Notes under the pieces: model-generated
What the model saw: only the letters and a program-made list of their open reading frames with translations
Told to the model about the DNA's origin: nothing
The model's database searches: none
Source: a virus
Taxonomy: Duplodnaviria > Caudoviricetes
IMG/VR virus record: IMGVR_UViG_2706796489_000001
Span: 17,542-81,541 of that record
Direction: 5' to 3' (one strand)
Length of the DNA stretch: 64,000 nt
Made by a program: the position numbers and the translations under genes
In this document: positions 28,351 through 37,601 of the stretch, in pieces
Layout: each line of letters starts with the position of its first letter
Position numbering within the stretch: position 1 is the stretch's first letter

Positions 28351-28793
28351 GACAGAAGTTCCAGAGTGAATTGTTGAAGAGAGCGAGAGGGAATGTCATG
28401 CCACTTGACCGACTTCATATCGTTGTCGATCATGCGGATGAAGGCTTCGGCATCCACCACATGCCACAGGTTGGTGACGATGTGGTTGATGAAGAAGTAG
28501 TAGCGACCGCCTGCGGCCAGGGTCTGGCGGGCGCAAGCCATCTGGTTCTTGGTGATGTTGCCGAAGGAGAACGACGTGGCATTCTCGGATTCCTTGACCT
28601 CGGCGTAGAACATCTTGCCGTAAGCCGAGACCAGGTAGTCGGCCGGCTGGGCGTCCTTGCGGGCCAGGCGGTCTTGCTGCTGGCCCATCACGAATAGGGT
28701 GTCGGTGAAGCGTTGAACGTGGACCCGCTTGCCGTGGGGCTTCCACCAGGACTCGAAATAGTCCTCGGAGATCTTTCCTTTGCTGCGAGCCAT
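28347..28793 (-). CDS. PD-(D/E)xK nuclease, RecU-like Holliday junction resolvase
   Basis: PADY....GKMFYAEVKES...NQ. Confidence 0.7.
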   Translation of the reverse strand: MARSKGKISEDYFESWWKPHGKRVHVQRFTDTLFVMGQQQDRLARKDAQPADYLVSAYGKMFYAEVKESENATSFSFGNITKNQMACARQTLAAGGRYYFFINHIVTNLWHVVDAEAFIRMIDNDMKSVKWHDIPSRSLQQFTLELLS

Positions 28794-28867
28794 GGTCCGT
28801 CCTTCAAGAATGAAGGTTGCATTATAGGCCGGAATACACCGGAGTGGTGCATCCGGCCTAGGTCTTT

Positions 28868-29176
28868 TTAATAGACCACGCAATCGGCGCTGTTGCAGCG
28901 CCAGCCCAGGGTGTCACGATGCACGTTCTCGGTGGTGCCGCAGCTGGCGCACTTGTGCGGCACCAGGGTGAAGCGCGGCACGCCGGTATGGTGCTGGCCC
29001 TGGAAGTTGTCCAGGGTGCGGGTCCAGATGCGCCCGTCGTGCCGGCCGACGAACGTCACCGAAGGGAACTCGCTGCCCTCCAGGGTGATGTGACCGAGGC
29101 CGAGGACTAGGTAGGTGTGGCCGTTGACATGCGTGTACTCGCGGCCATCAATGACTTCGGTGAGGCTCATGATCAT
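28868..29176 (-). CDS. DUF1653-like small protein
   Basis: YTHVNGHTYLVLG...GRIWTR..DNF; C-terminal CxxC. Confidence 0.65.
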   Translation of the reverse strand: MIMSLTEVIDGREYTHVNGHTYLVLGLGHITLEGSEFPSVTFVGRHDGRIWTRTLDNFQGQHHTGVPRFTLVPHKCASCGTTENVHRDTLGWRCNSADCVVY

Positions 29177-29403
29177 TTCCCTTCGATGAGGTTGAGTTTG
29201 CGGTGGGCCTTGTTCAACAACTCCATGGCCAGGGCAATGGCTTCCTTCGGGGTCAAGTGAATCCGAAGATCACGATTGCCGCCTTCCAGCTCGTGCAGCT
29301 CCACCACCATGCCTTCAGCCAGGGCAGCGCCGGAGCGCACGGTGAAGGTGTTGACCTCGATCAGCGGCGAGGCCCGCTTGTTGAATCGTTCATCTGCCTT
29401 CAT
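29173..29403 (-). CDS. Hypothetical protein
   Basis: MKADERF start with SD; coupled. Confidence 0.6.
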   Translation of the reverse strand: MKADERFNKRASPLIEVNTFTVRSGAALAEGMVVELHELEGGNRDLRIHLTPKEAIALAMELLNKAHRKLNLIEGK

Positions 29404-29411
29404 GACAGCTC

Positions 29412-30758
29412 CTATTGGTTCTCGTGCAGTCGCACGAACACGGGGTTTTTCAACGACCCGTCTTTGGTGATCTCGATGGCTTCGATCACGGCGCGCTTGC
29501 CGACCACCGTATCCTTGCCGGCGCGCCACCACAGCACGCGGGTGGCCAGGTCGAAGCCCGAGCCGCACTTCGAATCGAAGTGGTTGCCGTGCTCGTCCAC
29601 GCCGCGCACATGGATGCCGCCCAGGCTTCCTTGCAGGGCCGAGTTCTTCTTGCCTTCGTAGATGTCGTAGATCTCGCCGTCGAACGTCTGCAAGGGCTTG
29701 CCCTTGAGCCAGTTCTTGCTGCGCTTGTACTCGTAGACGCCTTGGGCATTCTTGATCATCAGACCTTCGTAGCCATCGGCCACTGCCTTCTTCAGCGCGG
29801 CCGACAGCTCTTCATGGCTGTGCGCCCACTTGACAGGGCTGGGACGCAGGATGAGGTCGTCACCGTAGATCTTTCGCATCTGTTCCATGGCGTCCAGCAG
29901 GCGCAAGCTGCGGGCTTCCTGGTTCATCAGGCACTCGCCGTTGTTCCACTGGTCCAGCGGAATCCAGTCGAAGAGGTGGTAGCGCAGCTTGGACTTGTCC
30001 GCGCCTTCCTTCTTCGATTCCATGGTGGCGTTCCAGGTGTTGGATTTGCCACCAGGGTTGAGGCGCTGGTCCATGATCTCGCCATCGAACACGATGCCGC
30101 CGTCGTCGCCGCGCCCCAGGAAGAAGCGCAGCTCGTCCAGCTGGTCATCGAACATATCACCCAGCCAGCCCTTGCGTTGGTCCAGGCCGTCACGCGAGCG
30201 CATCTCGAAACCGAGGATCGGACCGTCGCCGGGGCGCGGCGTGGTCTTGATGAGCGTGGTCACGCGCTGGCCGTCGAACTTCAGTTCGTACATGGCGGGG
30301 AAGGGGACTTCGGTCTCACCAGGCAACCACTTCTCGGCCAGCATCACGTTGAACACGGGGATGAAGCCGGGGATGATCTTGTTGATCTCGGTTGCGCCGA
30401 AGCCCACGCGCAGGTTCTTGCGCAGCACGCAGGCCAGGGCTTCAGCCGTGTCCTTCGTGTACATGCTCAGGATCTCGATGATCTCGCTCTTGGCCGCCTT
30501 GCCGGTCAGCTCGCGGTCGGACAGCTTGTCCAGCAGCATGAAGAAGAGGTCGATGGGCTTGGAGTTCTCGGCAGCGTACTCGGTCGGCATGTCGAAGTCT
30601 TTGACGCCGAACGTGACGAACGGGGTGAGCGCCTGGAAGATCAGCTCATGAGCGGTGCTGGGAGCCGCGCCCATTCGCATGAAGGCTTCGGCCTTCTCGA
30701 TGCGACTGCTGGTGGCGGCGGCTTCCTGCATGAAGCGAACGAAGCGATGAACAGTCAT
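29412..30758 (-). CDS. lig: ATP-dependent DNA ligase
   Basis: Motif I ELKFDGQR, FDGE, EGLMIK, WLKGK, CGSGF, NPVFVR. Confidence 0.95.
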   Translation of the reverse strand: MTVHRFVRFMQEAAATSSRIEKAEAFMRMGAAPSTAHELIFQALTPFVTFGVKDFDMPTEYAAENSKPIDLFFMLLDKLSDRELTGKAAKSEIIEILSMYTKDTAEALACVLRKNLRVGFGATEINKIIPGFIPVFNVMLAEKWLPGETEVPFPAMYELKFDGQRVTTLIKTTPRPGDGPILGFEMRSRDGLDQRKGWLGDMFDDQLDELRFFLGRGDDGGIVFDGEIMDQRLNPGGKSNTWNATMESKKEGADKSKLRYHLFDWIPLDQWNNGECLMNQEARSLRLLDAMEQMRKIYGDDLILRPSPVKWAHSHEELSAALKKAVADGYEGLMIKNAQGVYEYKRSKNWLKGKPLQTFDGEIYDIYEGKKNSALQGSLGGIHVRGVDEHGNHFDSKCGSGFDLATRVLWWRAGKDTVVGKRAVIEAIEITKDGSLKNPVFVRLHENQ

Positions 30759-30760
30759 TC

Positions 30761-30964
30761 TTAATCCTTGTAAAGGTCAACCCACTTTTGCTCTTTGGAA
30801 TCCCAATACTCCTGAGCAATCATGGTGTAGGTGGAGAACCACACGGTCCCTGGCGCTGCGGTACTTACCTGTCCCGTTTTCTGGTCGGTGTACCGCAGCG
30901 TTCCGTGGCGCGGCCGGTCTTCAGTTGTTCTTGAATTCTTGCCAGTTGACATTGGGAGCCTCAT
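30761..30964 (-). CDS. Hypothetical protein (start uncertain)
   Basis: Fills the gap before ligase; overlaps upstream gene. Confidence 0.4.
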   Translation of the reverse strand: MRLPMSTGKNSRTTEDRPRHGTLRYTDQKTGQVSTAAPGTVWFSTYTMIAQEYWDSKEQKWVDLYKD

Positions 30965-31202
30965 CGCATTGTTCGATCATCCACGTCTCGGCCTCGACCA
31001 CGGCGTCCAGCAGCTGCTGGTCGAAGTCCTCGCCCGTGGACTCTTCGCCCCACTTGTCGAAGATCTCGTTGTGGGTCATGCGACCTTCCAACACTTCGAC
31101 CTGGGCGTCCAGGCAGTGCTTGAGCATGTTCGGGATGAACTTGCGGCACTCAGCCAGACGGTTCAGCTCGCCGCCGATCTCTTCGTTGGTGCGCATACCC
31201 AT
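30921..31202 (-). CDS. Hypothetical protein
   Basis: Operon spacing, acidic. Confidence 0.7.
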   Translation of the reverse strand: MGMRTNEEIGGELNRLAECRKFIPNMLKHCLDAQVEVLEGRMTHNEIFDKWGEESTGEDFDQQLLDAVVEAETWMIEQCDEAPNVNWQEFKNN

Positions 31203-31203
31203 G

Positions 31204-31443
31204 TCACTTCCCCTCGATCATGCGGCGAATGTCCTGGGCCAGGATCGGGTACTCGCGCTCGCACGCATCAGCGTAGGCACGCAGGGCCGGCACGGCGAAC
31301 TTGTCGTGGTCCAGGTCCAGCACGAAGTAGCTGGCGCCGGCACGATCACCGCCCGGTTCGTCGCGGCCATCACGGCGAGTCACCAGGTACTTCTCGTACA
31401 GGCCTTGAGGTTGGACGCTGTTGGTCTTCAGATCATCTTGCAT
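31204..31443 (-). CDS. Hypothetical phage protein
   Basis: GLYEKY.V.R.DG...YFVLDL.HD.FA..AL.AYA motif; SD AAGGA. Confidence 0.7.
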   Translation of the reverse strand: MQDDLKTNSVQPQGLYEKYLVTRRDGRDEPGGDRAGASYFVLDLDHDKFAVPALRAYADACEREYPILAQDIRRMIEGK

Positions 31444-31453
31444 GGTTGTTCCT

Positions 31454-32077
31454 TTACGCGGGGTTGGACAAGTGAACCCGCTGGCCACCGCGCATGACCA
31501 GCTCGTTGTAGCGGATGAGAAAGGCGTTGCGCGAGTCGCTGTGGCTCATCGGCTCGCTCAGGTATTCGGAGATCGGGCGGGGAAGGTGGAACGCCAGCGA
31601 GGCGGTGGTGATGCCAACGTCTTCCAGGCAACCCCAGTGATCGTTGTTGCCCAGCAGCGTGAGCTTTTCAATGGCCAGCGCCAGAAGATCTGCGTGGCGC
31701 ACGCGGTCGTCATGGCGGGGGTCAAAGCCGAACCACATGCCCATGAAGTACGCCAGCTCGCTCTCGATGCGGCGGTAGTCGGGCAGCAGCTTCTTGAGCG
31801 GCGACGTGATGTCGCCCATCAGCGCTTCGGTCGCGTCGTGCATCAGGCCGTCGAATTGCAGCTGGTAGTCCATCGGGTACTTCTCGGCCAACAGCTTGGA
31901 GACCAAGATGCTGTGGTGGGCGACGTTGTAGACGCCGCCCGGGATCTGGCCGCAGTAGCGGCCCGTCGAGGCCAGACCGCTGGCCACGTCGATGATCTTG
32001 AGGTGCGTGTTGGATGCGATGTTGGACCAGTCGAAATACTTGCCCGACACCAGAGAGACATCATTGCGGTGAATCAT
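31454..32077 (-). CDS. HD-domain 5'-deoxynucleotidase-like (YfdR/YfbR-type) protein
   Basis: RYCGQ...YNVAHHS...LMHDATEA.MGDI.SPLK. Confidence 0.85.
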   Translation of the reverse strand: MIHRNDVSLVSGKYFDWSNIASNTHLKIIDVASGLASTGRYCGQIPGGVYNVAHHSILVSKLLAEKYPMDYQLQFDGLMHDATEALMGDITSPLKKLLPDYRRIESELAYFMGMWFGFDPRHDDRVRHADLLALAIEKLTLLGNNDHWGCLEDVGITTASLAFHLPRPISEYLSEPMSHSDSRNAFLIRYNELVMRGGQRVHLSNPA

Positions 32078-32729
32078 CGCTTTCTCCTTTGTTGGCCGCG
32101 TCGAGGTTGTGCTGCGCGACCAGCAACTCCCATTCTTCCTTCTTGATGCGCCGGCAACCTTCCAACCCATCCTGGTTCCACACGGCGCACTCGCCCTTGA
32201 CCTTGTAGCCTTTGGCTTCCTGCGCCCTTGCATAGGCTACGATGTCCGGCGTCCACAGCGCATAAGGACCAGCCTTGCCCAGGTACAAGAAGCCGACTTC
32301 GTGGAGCGGAGGCCAGCCGATGTGTCGGAAGCCTTCTTCGGTTTCCTTGCCGTTCTCGATCTTCACGTAGTTGAGCGTGAGGGGGATCTTGTAGGCATCA
32401 ACCACGTTGCGCGGCAACGTCTCGATCTTGGGTTGTTCCTTGAAACGCTTCTCCCAGAACGTGCCTTGCTTCGGATGGCACGTCTTGTTGCGCCCGCGAG
32501 GCTTGGTGAAGTCCGGGTGATGGTGGCCACGGGCGAAGGTCACGCCCAGCAGGACACCAGTATCGACGTGACGATAGGCGTTTTCCACCTGGGCCTCGTC
32601 GCTGATCTCCTTGATCAGCGCGTGGCGTGCACCGTCCGTAGCGATCACGTCGCGGATGTGCGCCTGCACCAGTTCAAGGGCTTGACCATCTTCGATGAGG
32701 TAGTAGAGAGCGGGGATATTTGGGGTCAT
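32061..32729 (-). CDS. Hypothetical protein
   Basis: MTPNIP start overlaps upstream stop. Confidence 0.7.
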   Translation of the reverse strand: MTPNIPALYYLIEDGQALELVQAHIRDVIATDGARHALIKEISDEAQVENAYRHVDTGVLLGVTFARGHHHPDFTKPRGRNKTCHPKQGTFWEKRFKEQPKIETLPRNVVDAYKIPLTLNYVKIENGKETEEGFRHIGWPPLHEVGFLYLGKAGPYALWTPDIVAYARAQEAKGYKVKGECAVWNQDGLEGCRRIKKEEWELLVAQHNLDAANKGESDDSPQ

Positions 32730-32953
32730 TCCAGTATGTCCTCGATAACGGCGATCTGGTCGGAGTCCAGCTCGTCGCGGTTGTTTTCCAGGTACTCCGC
32801 GACCCATCCCCGATACGGGATGGACAGCCGGAGCGCTTTGCAGATTCGGGCATGAAGGAAGCTGCGGTCATCCCACGGTTTGTCCGTGATGTGTGCCAGA
32901 GCTTCCTTCAACATCTTGCCCTCATCCGAGTTCTTTCGGATGTGCGGAATCAT
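32726..32953 (-). CDS. Hypothetical protein
   Basis: ATGA coupling to PolA stop. Confidence 0.65.
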   Translation of the reverse strand: MIPHIRKNSDEGKMLKEALAHITDKPWDDRSFLHARICKALRLSIPYRGWVAEYLENNRDELDSDQIAVIEDILE

Positions 32954-35682
32954 GCTGCCTTCTTCTCCTTCTTGGGACCATCAAGGATGTAGTCCACGAT
33001 GGCCTGGCGCTCTTCGTCGTTCGCCGCCTTGCCCCAGCGGTCGGCCGATACAGCCGGCACACCATCCTGGATTTCCATGAGTTCGATCTGCCCGTTCGGA
33101 GCTTTGTCCAGGCTCCACGGTTGCAGCGTCTTGCCCACGGCGAGCGAAGAGTCCAGCTTCAGGTTGTTGATGAGACCAGCGGGTTCGATCATGACCTCGT
33201 AGAGATCCTTCATGAACGCCACGGCTTGAGAACGCGGCACCGAGTAGACCAGCTCGTCGTGGATCAACAGGAAGAAGCGGGCGCGGTAGCCCTTCTCCTT
33301 GATGACATCCTTCATGCGGCGGATCTTGCGCTTGGCCAACGCCGCGCACAAGCCCTGCACCATGGAGTTGACGGCCTGGTTGCCCGCGCGGCGGTTGATC
33401 TTCTTGATGACGACTTCACCGAAGTTGGCGATGGCCGGCACGCCATACTGCTGGAACTTCTGCCGCATGGCGTTCATCCACTCAATCGTGGATTCGAAGC
33501 GGTCACGGCGGTGATGATCCGGCAGCTCGACATAGCCCTGATCACGCGAGGCTTCGATGACGCCCAGGCGCCAGGCTTCGCCCTGCGGGAAGGTGTTGCG
33601 GTACTTGTCGGACTGTTCCCACATCTCGTCCGAAGTCCATCCCATTTCCTTGGCCGTGGTCCCCAGCGCGCCGGAGTACCAGTAGCCGAAGTTGGAGACC
33701 TTGCCGATCTTGGTCCGCATCTTCTTCTTGTCGGGATGAACGTCGTACTCGTCCGGCGACATGCCTGTGATACCGAGCACCGCCAGGCGGTGCAGATCTC
33801 GGTGAGGCCGCTGGCCATATGCTTCGAAGAAGCCCGCATCACCCGAGTATTCCCCGATGATGACCAGCTCCACCGCCGACCAGTCGGCCGACACCAGGAT
33901 GTGCTCTTCCCCCTCGGCGTCATCATCGTCCGCTTCGAAGAAGCCCCGCACATACTGGGACTCCCCGAACTTGGCCAACTGCTGGCCGTTGGGGGTTGCG
34001 CACGCGGAGCGCCGGCTGGCCAGCAAGCTGGACAAGACCGGATAAACGCGGTTGGTCTCGGGGTCAATGAGGTTCAGGTACGGCGTGATGTACAGCTTCA
34101 CGCGCTGGGCGATACCCGCCATGGCGCCGTAGGTCTGGAACACCCCCAGGCCGGCCCGGAATCGGTCGTAGGCGGGCCGCAGCTCGTCGGGTAATACCCA
34201 GGTAGCCATGTCCTCCACGGCCTCGCCCTGGGCGTCGATTTCGCGCCCATTGCTGTCTTCGATGAAACCCTTCAGCTCGCCCTCGGCGTACTTCTTGATC
34301 CAGCGGCGGCGCAGCTCGGCGCGGCAATCACCATCGGATTGGGTCTTGCCGTTGACCAGCATGAAGCTGCCGCGCATCAGGTCGTAGAGCACCACGCGCA
34401 TCGGCATGTAGTGAACCAGGTTCAACCCCTTCGATTCGGGCTTGCCCTTCTCCAGCGCCCATGCTGCCGACACCGGGGAGCGAACCTGCATCACCTGAGC
34501 GAAGTCATCCTCGCTGTCCGGGCTGTTGGCCCAGTCGATGATCTGCTTGCGGTACTTGGCCGCGTTGCCGGTCCCCTTGTTCTCATCGAAGTACCACTTG
34601 TCGTACTTGGCCAGCTTCTCGTGGATGTCGTCCGGGAACGGCAGCAAGCCCCGGATGGCCTTCTTCATGTCGCGCAGCGCCTGCGCTTCCATGGAGCGCT
34701 CGACAGTGCGGCGGTCGTAGACGGCCTGAGTGTTCATCTTGATGCCGTGTTGCCAGACCTGGGAGGCCTCGCGCACGAACGGCATCTCTTGATCCAGGTA
34801 GGTCTGGAACACGGGCGGGTTGGTCTGCATGATGTAGGCCAGCACGCGATGGAACAGCTTCACGCACCAGTAGGCGTCATCAACGCCGTAGCTGGCCACT
34901 TCCTCGCCGGTCAACTGGCCCATGTGGACCTTGCCGTCCAGCGTCTGCTGGAACGTGGCCATGTCGTAGTCGAACCACGACTTCACAGCACGCTTGAGGT
35001 CGTAGCCGATGCGGATGGCGTTGACGAAGCCGTTGTACGAGTGCTCGGCGTCCGACTCCTTGGCGATGACCTTGTACAAGATCTCTTCTTGCTCGTTGGT
35101 CATCTCCTGGCCTGGCTCGAAGCCGGCGAACACGCGCTGCACGATGGGCAGGATCTTCTCGATCCCACCCAGGCCTGGCCCATAGAAGTTCTCGCGGAAG
35201 TAGGTGTCGGGCGAGTAGGCCGACACGCACAACTGCATCGAGCACAGCACGCGCTCGCCCAGGTCGTGACCCAGGGACTTCATCATCATCGTCCACTCGT
35301 AGTTCGCGTTGTGGATGATCCAGTAGGCATCGGGATTCTTCTTCTCGATGATCTGGCGAGCCTTCTCCCACGGCACGCGGTTCTCCACGTCAGCGTGAGC
35401 GAGGTTGATGTAGTAGGCCTGATCCTTCTTGTTCTCATCAGCGTAGATCGAGAAGCCCGTCACGGTCGTGCGGTTCACGTCGAACACCAGCTTCGTGTTC
35501 GACGCCTTCTGACCTTCCTCGTTGGTCTTCATGAAGCGGTTCAGACCATCGTGGCGGTCGGCGTCGTGGGTTTCGATATCGAAGCCCACGAACTTCGCCT
35601 CGCTGACTTGCGCGATCAAGTCGGGCAGCAGCTGGTCGATGTTGCGAGCATCGACCAGGATCTTGTTCTCCGGCAACAGCAT
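32950..35682 (-). CDS. Family A DNA polymerase with 3'-5' exonuclease
   Basis: ExoI FDIETHD, ExoIII YGVDDA, motif A ADWSAVEL, motif B KVSNFGYWY, motif C IHDELV. Confidence 0.95.
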   Translation of the reverse strand: MLLPENKILVDARNIDQLLPDLIAQVSEAKFVGFDIETHDADRHDGLNRFMKTNEEGQKASNTKLVFDVNRTTVTGFSIYADENKKDQAYYINLAHADVENRVPWEKARQIIEKKNPDAYWIIHNANYEWTMMMKSLGHDLGERVLCSMQLCVSAYSPDTYFRENFYGPGLGGIEKILPIVQRVFAGFEPGQEMTNEQEEILYKVIAKESDAEHSYNGFVNAIRIGYDLKRAVKSWFDYDMATFQQTLDGKVHMGQLTGEEVASYGVDDAYWCVKLFHRVLAYIMQTNPPVFQTYLDQEMPFVREASQVWQHGIKMNTQAVYDRRTVERSMEAQALRDMKKAIRGLLPFPDDIHEKLAKYDKWYFDENKGTGNAAKYRKQIIDWANSPDSEDDFAQVMQVRSPVSAAWALEKGKPESKGLNLVHYMPMRVVLYDLMRGSFMLVNGKTQSDGDCRAELRRRWIKKYAEGELKGFIEDSNGREIDAQGEAVEDMATWVLPDELRPAYDRFRAGLGVFQTYGAMAGIAQRVKLYITPYLNLIDPETNRVYPVLSSLLASRRSACATPNGQQLAKFGESQYVRGFFEADDDDAEGEEHILVSADWSAVELVIIGEYSGDAGFFEAYGQRPHRDLHRLAVLGITGMSPDEYDVHPDKKKMRTKIGKVSNFGYWYSGALGTTAKEMGWTSDEMWEQSDKYRNTFPQGEAWRLGVIEASRDQGYVELPDHHRRDRFESTIEWMNAMRQKFQQYGVPAIANFGEVVIKKINRRAGNQAVNSMVQGLCAALAKRKIRRMKDVIKEKGYRARFFLLIHDELVYSVPRSQAVAFMKDLYEVMIEPAGLINNLKLDSSLAVGKTLQPWSLDKAPNGQIELMEIQDGVPAVSADRWGKAANDEERQAIVDYILDGPKKEKKAA

Positions 35683-35697
35683 CGTGTGCTCCTTGGA

Positions 35698-36138
35698 TCA
35701 GGCGCGGCGGGGACGAATGTCCAGGACCATCTCGTAGCGGCCCATGGCCAGCGGCACGGTCGGCCGGTTCTCGATGGTCACGACCACGCCCAGCTCGTTG
35801 GCGGTCTTGACCAGCAGTTCGGCCTGGGCGCGCACGCGGTTCTCGGCGTCCTTGAGCGTCAGCGCCGGCCCGGTCTGGCGGGCCAGGAAGTCGTTGATCT
35901 CGGTGCGGGTCACGACGACCGGGATCACCGGGCCGTCGAGCTTCCAGCCCTTCTTGCCCTTGGTGGCCACGCGGTACTTGCCCTTGCACAGGATGGCGTC
36001 GGTGCCGATGCGTTCGAACTCGTAGAACGAGAACTCGTTGCTCGTGACCAGCGTGTCGCGGTTCAGCTTTTCCCAGGCCGCGAGCATGTAGGGTTCGGGT
36101 TCGGGGTAGCTGGGGCAGTGGTAGGGGAGCATGTCCAT
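35698..36138 (-). CDS. Hypothetical protein
   Basis: Operon context, codon usage. Confidence 0.7.
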   Translation of the reverse strand: MDMLPYHCPSYPEPEPYMLAAWEKLNRDTLVTSNEFSFYEFERIGTDAILCKGKYRVATKGKKGWKLDGPVIPVVVTRTEINDFLARQTGPALTLKDAENRVRAQAELLVKTANELGVVVTIENRPTVPLAMGRYEMVLDIRPRRA

Positions 36139-36141
36139 GAC

Positions 36142-36357
36142 TTAGATTCCTTCTTCGAGAACGGCCACTTGAGTGGCCAGGGTGCAGATGGCCAGGGCCA
36201 CGAGGCCATGGGGGTTGTTCGCCTTCACAGTGGCCATGAGCTGGGTGATGATCTCTTGGCATTTCTGCTGGTCTTCAGCAGGCATCGCGCGCAGTTCGTC
36301 TTGAGCTTCCATGAGGTCAAGTCGCGCCTTACGCAACTCGTCTTGCTTCGTGGTCAT
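36142..36357 (-). CDS. Hypothetical protein
   Basis: MTTKQDE start overlaps exonuclease stop. Confidence 0.6.
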   Translation of the reverse strand: MTTKQDELRKARLDLMEAQDELRAMPAEDQQKCQEIITQLMATVKANNPHGLVALAICTLATQVAVLEEGI

Positions 36358-37136
36358 AGGAGAAATCCTTTCAGGATGGATTCGATTTGCGACGGGTTGG
36401 GTTTCCCGAAGGTCATGCGCTTGATCAGGTCGTCGTTGGGTACGTCGCGGAACCCGGCAACGGTCCACATGGCCTTCAGGGTGGCTTCGTTTTCCTTGAC
36501 CCACGTCAAAGACGCCGGCCGCAATGCCAAAGCGTCGGCAAACATCTCCCAGTCGAGCTTCCGGGAATTTTCGAAGTAGTCGAGCCATAGTGCTTTGTCC
36601 GTTTTTTCCCAGGCCACGTCCCCGAAGAGATGTATGCCTTTGATGGTGTCAGATTTATCGCCCACGAGGGTCTTGTACAACCGAACTTCAGTCCAGTCGG
36701 TGTTCTCGTAGGTCGTGTTGTCTCGACCATGGATGGTCACGTTCACGCCGTCACACAGCGCGAGGAAGTCGCCGTCGTTGGAGTAGATCTTGATGCGTTG
36801 ACCCGTCCCGATGCGCGGTCGAACCAGCGCGCTGATCACGTCGTCGCCCTCGTAGTGGGGGACTTCGACCTGGATCACACGAGTATGCAGCAGCACTTGC
36901 TTGAACAAGTCCTGGATCTTGTAGAACTCGTCACTCGCTCTTATCCGTTTGCTCTTGTACAGCGGGTAGATATCCTGGCGGTACTTCTTGGAATGGTAGC
37001 CATCCCAGACGTAGATGACAGGATCTCCAACGGGATACGTCAGCTCGATGTCGGCCAACACGCCGCGAATCAAGCCGGTGGCTTCGAACATGCGGCGGAA
37101 GGTGTTGTTTCCGTCAACGATGTGAACTGTGGTCAC
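36354..37136 (-). CDS. 5'-3' exonuclease / flap endonuclease (RNase H-like, T5 D15 type)
   Basis: HIVDGNN, VWDG, YKSKR, EGDDVI, SNDGD, LVGDKSDTIKGI. Confidence 0.9.
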   Translation of the reverse strand: MTTVHIVDGNNTFRRMFEATGLIRGVLADIELTYPVGDPVIYVWDGYHSKKYRQDIYPLYKSKRIRASDEFYKIQDLFKQVLLHTRVIQVEVPHYEGDDVISALVRPRIGTGQRIKIYSNDGDFLALCDGVNVTIHGRDNTTYENTDWTEVRLYKTLVGDKSDTIKGIHLFGDVAWEKTDKALWLDYFENSRKLDWEMFADALALRPASLTWVKENEATLKAMWTVAGFRDVPNDDLIKRMTFGKPNPSQIESILKGFLL

Positions 37137-37140
37137 GGTG

Positions 37141-37341
37141 TCATACCTGCTTGAAAATGTGGAACTGCTCGACATCCGCGTGCCATGCTTTGGCACACTT
37201 GGCGACGACCCGATTGCACTCACGCTTAGTCTTAAACTGCGTGGCTTCGGTAGGCTTGAAGGTGCCACCGAAGTCTCCGGTTCCATCAGGGTCGAGAAGC
37301 CAATAGCCGGGGTGTGTACGACTTGAGAAATAGATAATCAT
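37141..37341 (-). CDS. Hypothetical protein
   Basis: SD AAGGA and ATG at 37341, directly after the terminator. Confidence 0.55.
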   Translation of the reverse strand: MIIYFSSRTHPGYWLLDPDGTGDFGGTFKPTEATQFKTKRECNRVVAKCAKAWHADVEQFHIFKQV

Positions 37342-37355
37342 GTCGGTCCTTGAGA

Positions 37356-37389
37356 AAAGAAAAGGGCGGAAGGTTTTATCCTTCCACCC
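37356..37389 (-). terminator. Intrinsic terminator overlapping the 3' end of the structured element
   Basis: GGGTGGAAGG-ATAAAA-CCTTCCGCCC-TTTTCTTTT. Confidence 0.8.
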
Positions 37390-37571
37390 TTTGATGGCTC
37401 CAGTCGCTGTTCGGCGTTGCTGGAGGGTCTTTAGCGAAAGCACGCATAGCGGACCCTGGGGCGTTGCCGAACTGAAGGTGCCGAGGTTTCCCGCCTACAT
37501 CGTGATGGTTGCTTCCCCATCACAAGCTCCCCTCGGGTCCGTCCACCTTCACAACTGGAGCCATCAAAGGG
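37387..37571 (-). ncRNA. Candidate 185-nt structured ncRNA or ssDNA element with a three-way junction
   Basis: Perfect 18-bp terminal inverted repeat (37387-37404/37554-37571) enclosing two nested multi-helix arms; intergenic. Confidence 0.65.
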
Positions 37572-37598
37572 CCGCGCCCTTGTGAAGCGCGGCCCCTT
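37566..37598 (-). terminator. Terminator-like hairpin after SSB (weak U tract)
   Basis: GGGCCGCGC/GCGCGGCCC stem followed by TTTG on - strand. Confidence 0.5.
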
Positions 37599-37601
37599 GC
37601 C

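Noticed and set aside
23734-35682. Possible 2-aminoadenine (Z-DNA) system from MazG + HD + PolA
   Set aside because: No PurZ/PurA-like gene in the window; the HD protein looks like the common YfdR type; the genes are not clustered as purZ-mazZ-datZ
32950-35682. Intein or intron in the DNA polymerase or helicase
   Set aside because: No Hint blocks or LAGLIDADG motifs; the reading frames are continuous with all catalytic motifs
37387-37571. Complete retron
   Set aside because: No reverse transcriptase in the window; only the architecture is reminiscent
37340-37585. ORFs 37340..37585 (+) and the N-terminal extension of 37141..37443 (-)
   Set aside because: They run through terminators and the structured element and lack SDs; the SD-supported start is 37341
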